Source of the DNA: Acidimicrobiaceae bacterium
Lineage (GTDB): Bacteria > Actinomycetota > Acidimicrobiia > Acidimicrobiales > RAAP-2
DNA length: 64,000 bases
Direction of reading: 5' to 3'
Assembly (NCBI GenBank): GCA_003138855.1
Contig: PLHF01000045.1
Location: 17,054-81,053 of the forward strand
Of this stretch, positions 14,061 to 22,323 are shown in pieces. The stretch's first letter is position 1, and each line of letters starts with the position of its first letter. The translations under genes and the position numbers were made by a program. The notes under the pieces were generated by a model that did not search any database, was not told the origin of the DNA, and worked only from the letters and a program-made list of their open reading frames with translations.

Positions 14061-15629
14061 CTAGGAGGCGGGCGCCTGCCTCCGCAGACGGAGACGGCCG
14101 ACCCAGTGCCGGCCGCGGTGCCGATAGTGGATGGACGCGAAGGCGATCCCCATGGCCACTGCCAATGCCGCCTGGACGACCAGGTCGGCGCGCGCCGTGG
14201 CCACGATCTGCCCGTGGGCGGCGCTGATCAGACTCAGGGCCAGTCCGGAGCCGCCGACCAGGAGCAGGACGATCCAACGGGACCCGGTTCCGAAGAGGTA
14301 GTTGGTCACCAGCACGGAGAACGAGAGAAAGATCATGGCGCCGACCAGTGTGGCGAACGCCGGCGCCCCCGCGCTCAGTTTGGCCGAGAAGACCACCGTG
14401 AGGAACCAGTGTGGGATGAACTCGGCGATGGCCAGCAGGACAATGGCCGGCACGGCCAGGAAGATCAGGGTGACGCCGAGCTGGCGGATGGCGTGGCCGC
14501 CCTCGTTCCACCGGATGGTCGCCTCGGGCAGCAGGTAGGCACCGAGGGCGATGGCACCGAACACCAGGGCCTTCGATGCGACGGAGATCGCGGCATACGG
14601 CCCCACGTTGGCGTGGTCGAGTCGGCCGAGGAGGATGACGTCCACATTCTGCAACAGGCCGAGGAGGGCAAGTCCGACGAACGCCGCCGAGACGTCCGCC
14701 AGGAGCTTCCGGCGGGCCAGGACCCCTGCGGCCAGGAGGTCGGGGGACGCTACCTTGACCGGCACCGTGGCGGGGTCGGCCCATACCCTCGAGGCCAGCC
14801 AGTGGGCATGGGCCGTGGCCACCACCTCGCCGATGAAGACGCCGAACGCATAGCCGGCGACGCCCAGTCCTGCGGCCACCAGCCCGACGACGAACAGGGT
14901 GCGGATCGCACCCTCCATCAGCAGGTTGCCGGCCAGCGGCCGGTAGGCGCGGTGTGCCTGGAGGAGGCCCCTGTCCACGCTGAGGAGGATCCAAATGCCT
15001 GCCGCCACCAAGATGAGCACCACGCCCTGGCTGTTGGGCAGCGACAGCTGATGGGCGATCCAATCCCGGAGCACGATCACCACCACCACCTCCAGGGCGA
15101 GGGCGACCAGGGCGATACGGTGCACCCTGGCCACCCACTGCCGGATCAGGTGGGCCTGGCCGGAGGTCTGCAGGGCGGTGACCCGGCGGACCACGCCGAC
15201 CAGGACGGCGGAGCCGGGCATGGAGAGGATGAAGAAGAGCCCGAGCAGCTGGGCGATGTCGCCGTAGGCCTGGGGGGTGACCAGACGGGCCACCACCACC
15301 ACCACCAGGGCCCCGGCTGCGTTCACGACCATACCGGCGATGGCTACCGGGCCGGCCTGACTCAGGCCGGCCCGGACCGAATCTCCCTTCCGCTCGAAGG
15401 CGGGGGCCGTTACCTCCCCGGGCAGGGTGATCATGGGGCCGCCGGCAACGGCGATACCAACGGCCGGGGCCATGGAGGTCGCCTCGTGGACGGGTTCGAC
15501 GACAGTGTCGATCTCCTCGAGGATCACGTCCAGCGCAGGCGTCTCGGCGCTCTCCATCGGTACCTGCTCGGCGCCCTGCCCTCCCGAATCTCCTTCCGGC
15601 GCTTTCGGTGCGGTGTTCGGCTCGGTCAC
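14061..15629 (-). CDS. polysaccharide/oligosaccharide flippase (MOP/Wzx-like, polysaccharide biosynthesis protein family)
   Basis: About 12-14 hydrophobic segments and an overall Wzx/MviN-like composition. GTG at 15629 overlaps the upstream stop as GTGA. The longest ORF (to 16031) runs inside the upstream gene. Confidence 0.65.
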   Translation of the reverse strand: MTEPNTAPKAPEGDSGGQGAEQVPMESAETPALDVILEEIDTVVEPVHEATSMAPAVGIAVAGGPMITLPGEVTAPAFERKGDSVRAGLSQAGPVAIAGMVVNAAGALVVVVVARLVTPQAYGDIAQLLGLFFILSMPGSAVLVGVVRRVTALQTSGQAHLIRQWVARVHRIALVALALEVVVVIVLRDWIAHQLSLPNSQGVVLILVAAGIWILLSVDRGLLQAHRAYRPLAGNLLMEGAIRTLFVVGLVAAGLGVAGYAFGVFIGEVVATAHAHWLASRVWADPATVPVKVASPDLLAAGVLARRKLLADVSAAFVGLALLGLLQNVDVILLGRLDHANVGPYAAISVASKALVFGAIALGAYLLPEATIRWNEGGHAIRQLGVTLIFLAVPAIVLLAIAEFIPHWFLTVVFSAKLSAGAPAFATLVGAMIFLSFSVLVTNYLFGTGSRWIVLLLVGGSGLALSLISAAHGQIVATARADLVVQAALAVAMGIAFASIHYRHRGRHWVGRLRLRRQAPAS

Positions 15630-17026
15630 ACCCGCACCTCCTCGCGGGGCGGTGCCGCCGGGTCGCCACTGTCCGCCGAGGCGCCCCCGTCTCCCGGGTG
15701 ATCGGGACGGAAGAGCACCCCCGGCCGGGGCCGCCCCGCGATCGAAGCCCAGATGGCATCGAGCGTGACCGAAGCCAGCACCACCATGGCGACCTCGGCC
15801 TCGGCCCGGAACCGGTAGTTCCCGTAGGTGGCGAAGGCAGCCAAGGTGACGACGACGAACATGGCCACCAGGGGATAGATGGGTCGGCGCCGGCGGCGGA
15901 GGATCACTGCTCCGACCACTGCCGATGTCATCAAGGGGTAGTACCAGATCAGCCAGGCATCCGACACCGGAGTGGGCCAGCCTTCTATGAAGTCGTGTTC
16001 CGCCTGGCGGAGCGGGGCGTAGACGTTCCACTCGATCCCCACCCGAAGGGCTGCCACCTCCAGCGCCCGAGCCTTGTGCGACTCGATGTACCGCTTGGCC
16101 TTGGCGCTCCAGTAGACCCCCTGATCCGACTCGTCCTCAGTGGGCGTGAAGTGGACGCCCAACAAGCAGTCGAAGCACCACGACGCAGTGAGCGGCCCGC
16201 TGTAGGTGGATGAGTTGTTAGCGGCAGCCAGCGTGATCGGCAGCTGGTCCGACAGGTACACGGGGTGGTGGAACACGGCGAGGTTGCGGGCGACCCAGGG
16301 GGCCATCGTCCCCACCGACACCAGGAGGACCACACCACACAGCGCGAGTTTCCGGCGCCAGGCCATGCCCCGCTGCCAGAGGACGGTGGGCAGGGCGACC
16401 AGGGGGATCAGGAGCACCAGCTCGGCCCGGGTGAGGGCGCACAATCCGGCCAACAGGCCGAGGAGGACCACCCGCCATGTGGTGCACTCCCGGAAGCATC
16501 GCACTGCCGCCAGGATGGTGATGACGGTGAGGAGCATCACCATCGCCTCGGACATGACCTCGCCGTCGTAGACCCAGAAGCCCGGATACAGGGCGGCGAT
16601 CACCGCCGCGATCACACCGGCCCGATCACCCGCCAGGTCTCTCGCCACCATTCCGGTGAGGACGATGGTGGCCGTACCGATCAGGCAGACCAGGACCAAC
16701 TGGGCAGTCTCGGTCCGGAGCCCGAGCAGGTCCCCCAAGGTCAGGACCAGGGTGAACAGCGGAGGGTGCTGAGCCGACTGCACCAGCGCGGCCGGATGAT
16801 GCCGCTCGTGGAAGACCACCGGATTGACGAACCAGTGGCCCTCGAGATTCAACTTTGCCTGACCGTGGTAGTAGGCCGCATCGCCCTGCAACGGGGCACC
16901 GGCCTTGACCACGAGGGCGAAGATCAGGCGCAGACCCAGTCCGGCCAAGGCCGTGAGGGCCATGCACCATCGGAAGGAGGCAGCCCCCGGGGCCGATGCC
17001 GTTGCCCGCTCCCCCACCTCGGACAC
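15626..17026 (-). CDS. ArnT/PMT-like (GT39/GT83-type) GT-C membrane glycosyltransferase
   Basis: Polytopic membrane protein. The first loop has the GDAAYYHGQA motif typical of PMT_2/ArnT-like enzymes, followed by multiple TM helices. Confidence 0.7.
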   Translation of the reverse strand: MSEVGERATASAPGAASFRWCMALTALAGLGLRLIFALVVKAGAPLQGDAAYYHGQAKLNLEGHWFVNPVVFHERHHPAALVQSAQHPPLFTLVLTLGDLLGLRTETAQLVLVCLIGTATIVLTGMVARDLAGDRAGVIAAVIAALYPGFWVYDGEVMSEAMVMLLTVITILAAVRCFRECTTWRVVLLGLLAGLCALTRAELVLLIPLVALPTVLWQRGMAWRRKLALCGVVLLVSVGTMAPWVARNLAVFHHPVYLSDQLPITLAAANNSSTYSGPLTASWCFDCLLGVHFTPTEDESDQGVYWSAKAKRYIESHKARALEVAALRVGIEWNVYAPLRQAEHDFIEGWPTPVSDAWLIWYYPLMTSAVVGAVILRRRRRPIYPLVAMFVVVTLAAFATYGNYRFRAEAEVAMVVLASVTLDAIWASIAGRPRPGVLFRPDHPGDGGASADSGDPAAPPREEVRV

Positions 17027-17046
17027 TATCCGGCGACGTTCCCGGC

Positions 17047-18684
17047 TCAGGCGACGCGGTGAGGGAGCATCGGGGCATCGCGACCGGTACGCCCGGCGTC
17101 CCCGCCGCTTCGGCCGTTGCCCGTCTCGTGGTACTCCTCTTCCACGTTGACCGTCCAGATGTCGTGGTCGGCACCGTGGATGTTCTCGACCGTCAGCATT
17201 GCCGTGTACATCGAGTGGTCCTGGTTGTTGTACTTGTGCATGCCGTTGCGGCCCACCGGATGGACGTTGGGGGCGTTCTCCTCGAACCAGCGGCGGATCA
17301 CGTCGACGTTGTTGCGGTAGACGTCGTCGTAGACCGGATACGCCTTCGGCATCCGGACGACATAGCCGGCTTCAACGTCCGACGTCTCGGCCAGGCCGAT
17401 CGCAGCGAGCTCCTTCGTCCCCAAGGCCACCAGCTCTTCGTCGGAAGAGTTCCAGAGCTCGTCGCCCTCGAACACGAAGTACTCCATACCCAGGCAGGTA
17501 CGGCCGTCTTTCACCAGGTAGGGCGACCATGAACCGAAGTTCTGGATGCGGCCCACCTTCACATCGGGAGAGTGGATGTAGATCCAGTTGTCCGGGAAGC
17601 CCCGCTCCTCGGGCACGACCAGGGCGATCGTCAGGAAGTCGCGGTAGTGCAGGTCGTCGGCTGCACGCAGTACCTCGGCGGGCGCTGGAGGATCGACGAT
17701 CCGGGCCAGCGCGGTGAAGGGCATCGATGAGATCACATGCGAGGCGGTTATCCGCTCCTCGGAGCCGTTGGTGGCCACCGTCACGGCTACCGCTGCCCCG
17801 TCCTCGAGATGCACTGCCGTGGCCGAGGTCTCCATCCTGACCGTGCCGCCCAGCTCGGTGACCCTGTCGGCACACCGTTCCCACATCATCCCCGGTCCGT
17901 ACTTGGGATACTGGAACTCCTCGATCAGGCTGGTCACCTGCTTCGACTTGTCGCGGCGCTTGCCGGCGAGCGAGGAACGGATCGGTTCCCACACTGCGTT
18001 CCACAAGGACATCCCCTTGATCCGCTGGGCACCCCAGTCGGCCGAGAGCTCCGAGGCGGGCACGCCCCACACCTTCTCGTTGTAGGTCTTGAAGAAGTGG
18101 CGGTACAGCCGCCATCCGTAGTTGGTGACGATGTAGCCCTCGAGCGTGGTCAGGTCCCTGGGTGGGCGCACCCGGACCCACAGGAAGGACAGGCCGCAGC
18201 GGAACGCCTCGACGACGCCGAGGTTGGAGAGGGCGTTCCCCAACTTGATGGGATAGTCGTAGTACTTCCCGCCGTAGAAGATCCGGCTCATGCGTGGGCG
18301 CAGGAGGAAGTCCTCGGGAGGGAGGATCTCGTGCCAGAACTCCTCCACCGGCCTGACCTTGGTGAAGAACCGATGTCCTCCGATGTCGAAGCGCCAACCG
18401 TCGCGCTCCACGGTTCGGCTGATGCCGCCCACCACGCTGTCCTGCTCCACCATGACGACCGGGTCGCAGGCCTCCGCCAGTCGGTACGCCGCGGTGAGCC
18501 CTGCGGGACCTCCGCCGATGACGACCACCGGGGCGTCGCCCACACCCCCAGGCGACCCCGAGCGCGCCCCGGAGGCCGCAGCGATGCCGTCGGCGCCTGC
18601 TTCGTCGGGGCTGGCCACTCGGTCCTTGGTTGATGCCACTCGGTGTGATCCGTTCTCTCTGGTCTGCGGGGGCCCAGGGGACAC
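17047..18684 (-). CDS. Rossmann-fold NAD(P)/FAD-dependent oxidoreductase (amine-oxidase / UDP-galactopyranose-mutase-like superfamily)
   Basis: Dinucleotide motif VVVIGGGPAGLTAAYRL...E, GGISRT, DIGGHRFF block. About 545 aa and soluble. Starts on GTG at 18684. Confidence 0.8.
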   Translation of the reverse strand: MSPGPPQTRENGSHRVASTKDRVASPDEAGADGIAAASGARSGSPGGVGDAPVVVIGGGPAGLTAAYRLAEACDPVVMVEQDSVVGGISRTVERDGWRFDIGGHRFFTKVRPVEEFWHEILPPEDFLLRPRMSRIFYGGKYYDYPIKLGNALSNLGVVEAFRCGLSFLWVRVRPPRDLTTLEGYIVTNYGWRLYRHFFKTYNEKVWGVPASELSADWGAQRIKGMSLWNAVWEPIRSSLAGKRRDKSKQVTSLIEEFQYPKYGPGMMWERCADRVTELGGTVRMETSATAVHLEDGAAVAVTVATNGSEERITASHVISSMPFTALARIVDPPAPAEVLRAADDLHYRDFLTIALVVPEERGFPDNWIYIHSPDVKVGRIQNFGSWSPYLVKDGRTCLGMEYFVFEGDELWNSSDEELVALGTKELAAIGLAETSDVEAGYVVRMPKAYPVYDDVYRNNVDVIRRWFEENAPNVHPVGRNGMHKYNNQDHSMYTAMLTVENIHGADHDIWTVNVEEEYHETGNGRSGGDAGRTGRDAPMLPHRVA

Positions 18685-18736
18685 GCTCGGGGCTCGTGCC
18701 CGGTGCGCTGTGGCCCAGTCGATCGTGGTTCCGACG

Positions 18737-18810
18737 CTGCTGTCGTGCTGTGCTGCTGTAGTGCTGTGCTGCTCTGATCGGTGCTGCTCTGATCGGTGCT
18801 GCTCTGGTTG
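18737..18810. repeat. GCT/GTGCT-rich tract ending in 15-bp tandem repeat GTGCTGCTCTGATCG (2 perfect copies + 1 degenerate)
   Basis: Perfect copies read at 18766-18780 and 18781-18795, degenerate copy at 18796-18810. Lies in the 415-nt non-coding gap upstream of the FAD oxidoreductase. Confidence 0.85.
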
Positions 18811-19099
18811 GCCACTACTTCCGGCAGGTCACGCCCATCCGCGCACTCCCCGCCCCGATCTCCCTCCTCCCTGTCATCGCATCGGCGACCTGGGCGCTCG
18901 TACCGGCCGGTCCGACCGATCACGAGTGCGGGAGAGGCTTCCCGACCCTGCGTCCCGACGGGGGCGACCGGGCCGGGGCACCCGCCTCCCACGGGTCCGT
19001 GACGGCGGGCCACCCGATGAGGACGCCTCCGGTGATGCACTGCGCTGGTGAAGGATAGTTGCTCGTCCGGCCGACCGGGGGAAGGCTCGCCCGTTGCAC

Positions 19100-20344
19100 C
19101 TACGGCACCACCACACCACTGAAGGCCAGGAACGCGTAGCCGACCATCGTCGTCCCGGCGGCCACCAGGACGGTCAATTCGACCCACCGCCGCGTGGTGA
19201 GGGTCGATGCGGCCACGACCAGGGGAAAGGCCCCCAGGGCATACCGCTCGAACGAATCGAGGTTCGATGTGGTGAGCGACACCGCCAGCACGGCGGCGGC
19301 AAACGCTGCATAGGACAGGGGGAGCCTGCGGAAGGCCAGCACCAGGAGCACCACGCACAGGACCACCCAGGGGATGTGCAGGGCACTGCCCAGATGGTGA
19401 CCGTGGGCCACGGACACCGCGTTGTGCCACATGGCGGCGAGCGGAGAGGTGATCGGGCCCCTGTGTCCACCCTGCTGCTGTACCCGGAACGGCAGCCAAA
19501 TGTCACCGAATTGCGCATCGACCCAGGCCAGGTAGGCGCCCATCCCGGCCAACGGCGCCACGAGGGCCGCGCCACGGGCTACCCATCCCCCGGTGGTGGA
19601 CGCGGTCCGCCTGCTCTGGAACACCTCTACCAGCACCGGCACCACCAACAGCACCCCGATCGGGCGGACGGCGCCCGCAACGAGTCCGGCAGCAGCTGCC
19701 CACCACCAGCGACGGGTCCGGGCCGCCAGCATGGTCACCACCGAACAGAGCAGCAACGACGCGTCGGCATACCCCAGGACCAACGAGTACGCCGAAGGAG
19801 CCAGCGCCAGGAGCCACACCGATCGGCGGGCCAGCGCCAGGTCGCCCTGTTCCCGGCGGACCAGGACCAACAGTGCGGCCATGGCGGCGAGGGCGCACAG
19901 ATTGGAGATCAGCACCAGGGCCGGTCCGACACCGAGTCCCGGGAACCACCCGAGGACACGGGCTGCCATGGGGTACGCAGGGAAGAAGCGCACGGACTGC
20001 AGGCCTGAGGCCGTGTAGCCGTGGCCGGCGATCGACTCGTACCAGCCACCGTCCCACGCCAGCAGGCCCTGGTGCAGCCGAAGGTCGGCCCGTTCGGAGC
20101 GCGCCACGACGTGGGGGTAGGTCCAGTGGGCAAGGACCAGGCTGAATGCCACCAGGACGCGGGCCACGATCCAGGCCGGCAGCACGGCGAGGACGGCCCG
20201 GCCAAAGGTGCGGGCCATGGCTCCCGTGCCGGTGCACGCCGGTGTCGCCGGACCGCTGCTCTCCGCCCCGGCGGTCGGGCCCGGTGACTCCATCGGACAC
20301 CCCGGTGGGCCCGCCTCGACAACGCGTCGTTCGCTGCCGGTCAC
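19100..20344 (-). CDS. PIG-V-like (Mannosyl_trans2) GT-C membrane mannosyltransferase family protein
   Basis: Motif LAWDGGWYESIAGHGY...VRFFPAYP is characteristic of bacterial PIG-V-like proteins. Polytopic membrane protein. Starts 4 nt after the upstream stop. Confidence 0.7.
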   Translation of the reverse strand: MTGSERRVVEAGPPGCPMESPGPTAGAESSGPATPACTGTGAMARTFGRAVLAVLPAWIVARVLVAFSLVLAHWTYPHVVARSERADLRLHQGLLAWDGGWYESIAGHGYTASGLQSVRFFPAYPMAARVLGWFPGLGVGPALVLISNLCALAAMAALLVLVRREQGDLALARRSVWLLALAPSAYSLVLGYADASLLLCSVVTMLAARTRRWWWAAAAGLVAGAVRPIGVLLVVPVLVEVFQSRRTASTTGGWVARGAALVAPLAGMGAYLAWVDAQFGDIWLPFRVQQQGGHRGPITSPLAAMWHNAVSVAHGHHLGSALHIPWVVLCVVLLVLAFRRLPLSYAAFAAAVLAVSLTTSNLDSFERYALGAFPLVVAASTLTTRRWVELTVLVAAGTTMVGYAFLAFSGVVVP

Positions 20345-20348
20345 ACCG

Positions 20349-22124
20349 TCAGGGTTTGGTCGGTGTGAATTCCACCATCCACATCGGTTGATAGAACTCG
20401 TTCGTGTTGCCGACGACCAGCTCCTTCACGCGATAGCCGCCATTCATCTGCAGCGTCTGGACCATTGCCTCGCACCTGTACCCGTAGGACTGATAACCGC
20501 CCGCCCACACCATGAAGATCTGCCTGCCTGCCGCGGAGGCCCGGGACACCAGTTCCTCGGCGAAGGCCGGTGCCGAAGCGGCCCGGACCGCGGCGGCATA
20601 GTCGACCCAGTTGATCAGCTTCGGGCCGGTGCCCCGCGGGAACGTCACCTGCTGGTAGCGGCCGGCGGGCAGCAGGCGGTCGACGGCGGGGCCCAACTGG
20701 TCGGGGCAGTAGGCCACGATGTCTCCGGGATTCGCGTGGTCGGCGATGGCGACCGCCACCTGGCCGGCCTGGGTTCGATTGGTCGTGATGTTGGGAACCG
20801 AACTGGCCAATCCGGCAATCACCGCTAACGCCAGGATGCCCGTCCGCACCTGCCGGTCCCGGAACACCGTCAGGCCGATGGACACCAGCAGGATGAGCGG
20901 GATGAACACCACCGACGCATATCGGGCATCGAATGCGCTGTTGGTGATCAGGCCGCCGATGATCGCCGCAGCCAGGGTCCCGGCCACTGCGATGGCCACC
21001 GGGCGACCGAGTGGACGGGTGCGGATGTCGAGCTCGATGTGTCTCCGATCCGTGGCCAGTCCGAACAACCCCAGGCCGGCCAGAGCGAAGAAGATCAGGG
21101 CCAGCGCCCGGCCCTGGCTGGTGCTGCCACCGGCGAAGGATGCCACCGCGCTGACCATGGCAGCGAAGTTGGCCGGCGTTGCCCACGGCGTCCCGGTGTG
21201 CAGGGACTGGAACACGAAGATCGGCACCCATGGCAGGAAGGTCAGGCACCCCACCACTCCGGCCAGCAGTGCCGCACGCGCCCCCTGCCCCCACTCCGGA
21301 CGGCCCCGCCACGCCTGCCAGGCCAGCCAGAGGGCGACCGTCCCGATGAGGTAGATGGACCAGTAGTGGGTGTAGAGCAACAGCCCGGTCACCGCGGCCA
21401 CGGCGATGAGATTGCCGGGCCGCGGGCGTCGCAGTGCACGGTCGAGCGCCAGGAAGCCCAGGACCGTCAGGAGTACCACCAGCGAGTACATGCGGGCCTC
21501 GGTGTCGTAGCGGATGGCAAACGGTGAGCTCGCCACGAGCAACATGGCAGCCCATCCGGCGGTCCGACCTCCGAGCCGGCGGCCGGCCAACCAGGCGAGG
21601 GGCACGGTCGCCACCCCGATCACACCGGAGAGGGATCGCACCGCCAGGTCCGAGGTGCCGAACCAACCCATCCAGAAGTGCAGCAGGACGTAGAAGAGGG
21701 GTGGCGCACCGTCCCGCCGCAACAGCGAGGGAAGCTGGTGGAGGGGATGGACGGCGATGTTCACGGTGAGGGCCTCGTCCAACCACATGTCCGACTTGGT
21801 CCAGAAGCGCAGCACAAGGGACGCCAGGAGAACGAGCACCGTGGCCACCGCCATCAGAGCGACGGCGGTCCTGCCGAAAGGCGGCCCCTCGGGGTCCCCG
21901 TCGGCCGCCTGCGGCTCCAACCGGTCCGGGGTCGCGCCGTTCGACGTGGAGGTCCCACCGGCCGGCGCCTGTCCGGCGACCCCCGGTGCGGCACGGTCCG
22001 GAGCGGCCACCGGAGCCCCGGTGGCGCCGGCCTCCGAAGGTGGAGGGGGAGCCACGGCCCCCGGTGCGGTCACCGAGGAAGGTCCAGGAGGAGCTGCTTC
22101 CATGGTCCGCATGGTACCCAGCAC
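20349..22124 (-). CDS. GT39-like (PMT_2) GT-C membrane glycosyltransferase
   Basis: MWLDEALTVNIA...DGAPPLFYVLLHFW...AVRSLSGVIGV pattern typical of GT39-family proteins. Many TM helices and a soluble C-terminal domain. The Pro/Ala-rich N-terminus leaves the start uncertain. Confidence 0.7.
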   Translation of the reverse strand: MLGTMRTMEAAPPGPSSVTAPGAVAPPPPSEAGATGAPVAAPDRAAPGVAGQAPAGGTSTSNGATPDRLEPQAADGDPEGPPFGRTAVALMAVATVLVLLASLVLRFWTKSDMWLDEALTVNIAVHPLHQLPSLLRRDGAPPLFYVLLHFWMGWFGTSDLAVRSLSGVIGVATVPLAWLAGRRLGGRTAGWAAMLLVASSPFAIRYDTEARMYSLVVLLTVLGFLALDRALRRPRPGNLIAVAAVTGLLLYTHYWSIYLIGTVALWLAWQAWRGRPEWGQGARAALLAGVVGCLTFLPWVPIFVFQSLHTGTPWATPANFAAMVSAVASFAGGSTSQGRALALIFFALAGLGLFGLATDRRHIELDIRTRPLGRPVAIAVAGTLAAAIIGGLITNSAFDARYASVVFIPLILLVSIGLTVFRDRQVRTGILALAVIAGLASSVPNITTNRTQAGQVAVAIADHANPGDIVAYCPDQLGPAVDRLLPAGRYQQVTFPRGTGPKLINWVDYAAAVRAASAPAFAEELVSRASAAGRQIFMVWAGGYQSYGYRCEAMVQTLQMNGGYRVKELVVGNTNEFYQPMWMVEFTPTKP

Positions 22125-22323
22125 CGTGACCCAGGTGGGATACCCGGGTCGAATCTTGCATTGATTTCATGGACCAGGGGTCTACTTGGCGGTAACGTGC
22201 CCCCACGACAGCTGCACCCGTGGCAGAGTGCAGGTTCGTAAGGCAACGCCCGCGGCCGGACATCACTGGTGACCGGCGACGGGGAGGGCATGATGGGGGA
22301 ACTCTGTGACATCGGGTAGCGGA

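Noticed and set aside
14008-15759. 583-aa minus-strand and 578-aa + strand (13965-15701) ORFs overlapping the flippase gene
   Set aside because: These are alternative-frame or antisense artefacts with Arg/Gly/Pro-rich sequence. The flippase frame gives coherent TM helices.
20341-22266. 641-aa minus-strand ORF overlapping the GT39-like gene in another frame
   Set aside because: Its sequence is Arg/Gly/Pro-rich. The 20349-22124 frame gives the PMT_2-like motif and TM helices.
22125-22323. Divergent promoter, A/T-richer patch (TCTTGCATTGATTTCATGG) and CTGCAC...GTGCAG inverted repeat between the GT39-like gene and the ABC importer
   Set aside because: This is plausibly promoter or operator DNA, but I could not define convincing -35/-10 hexamers or a known operator, so it is not reported as a feature.
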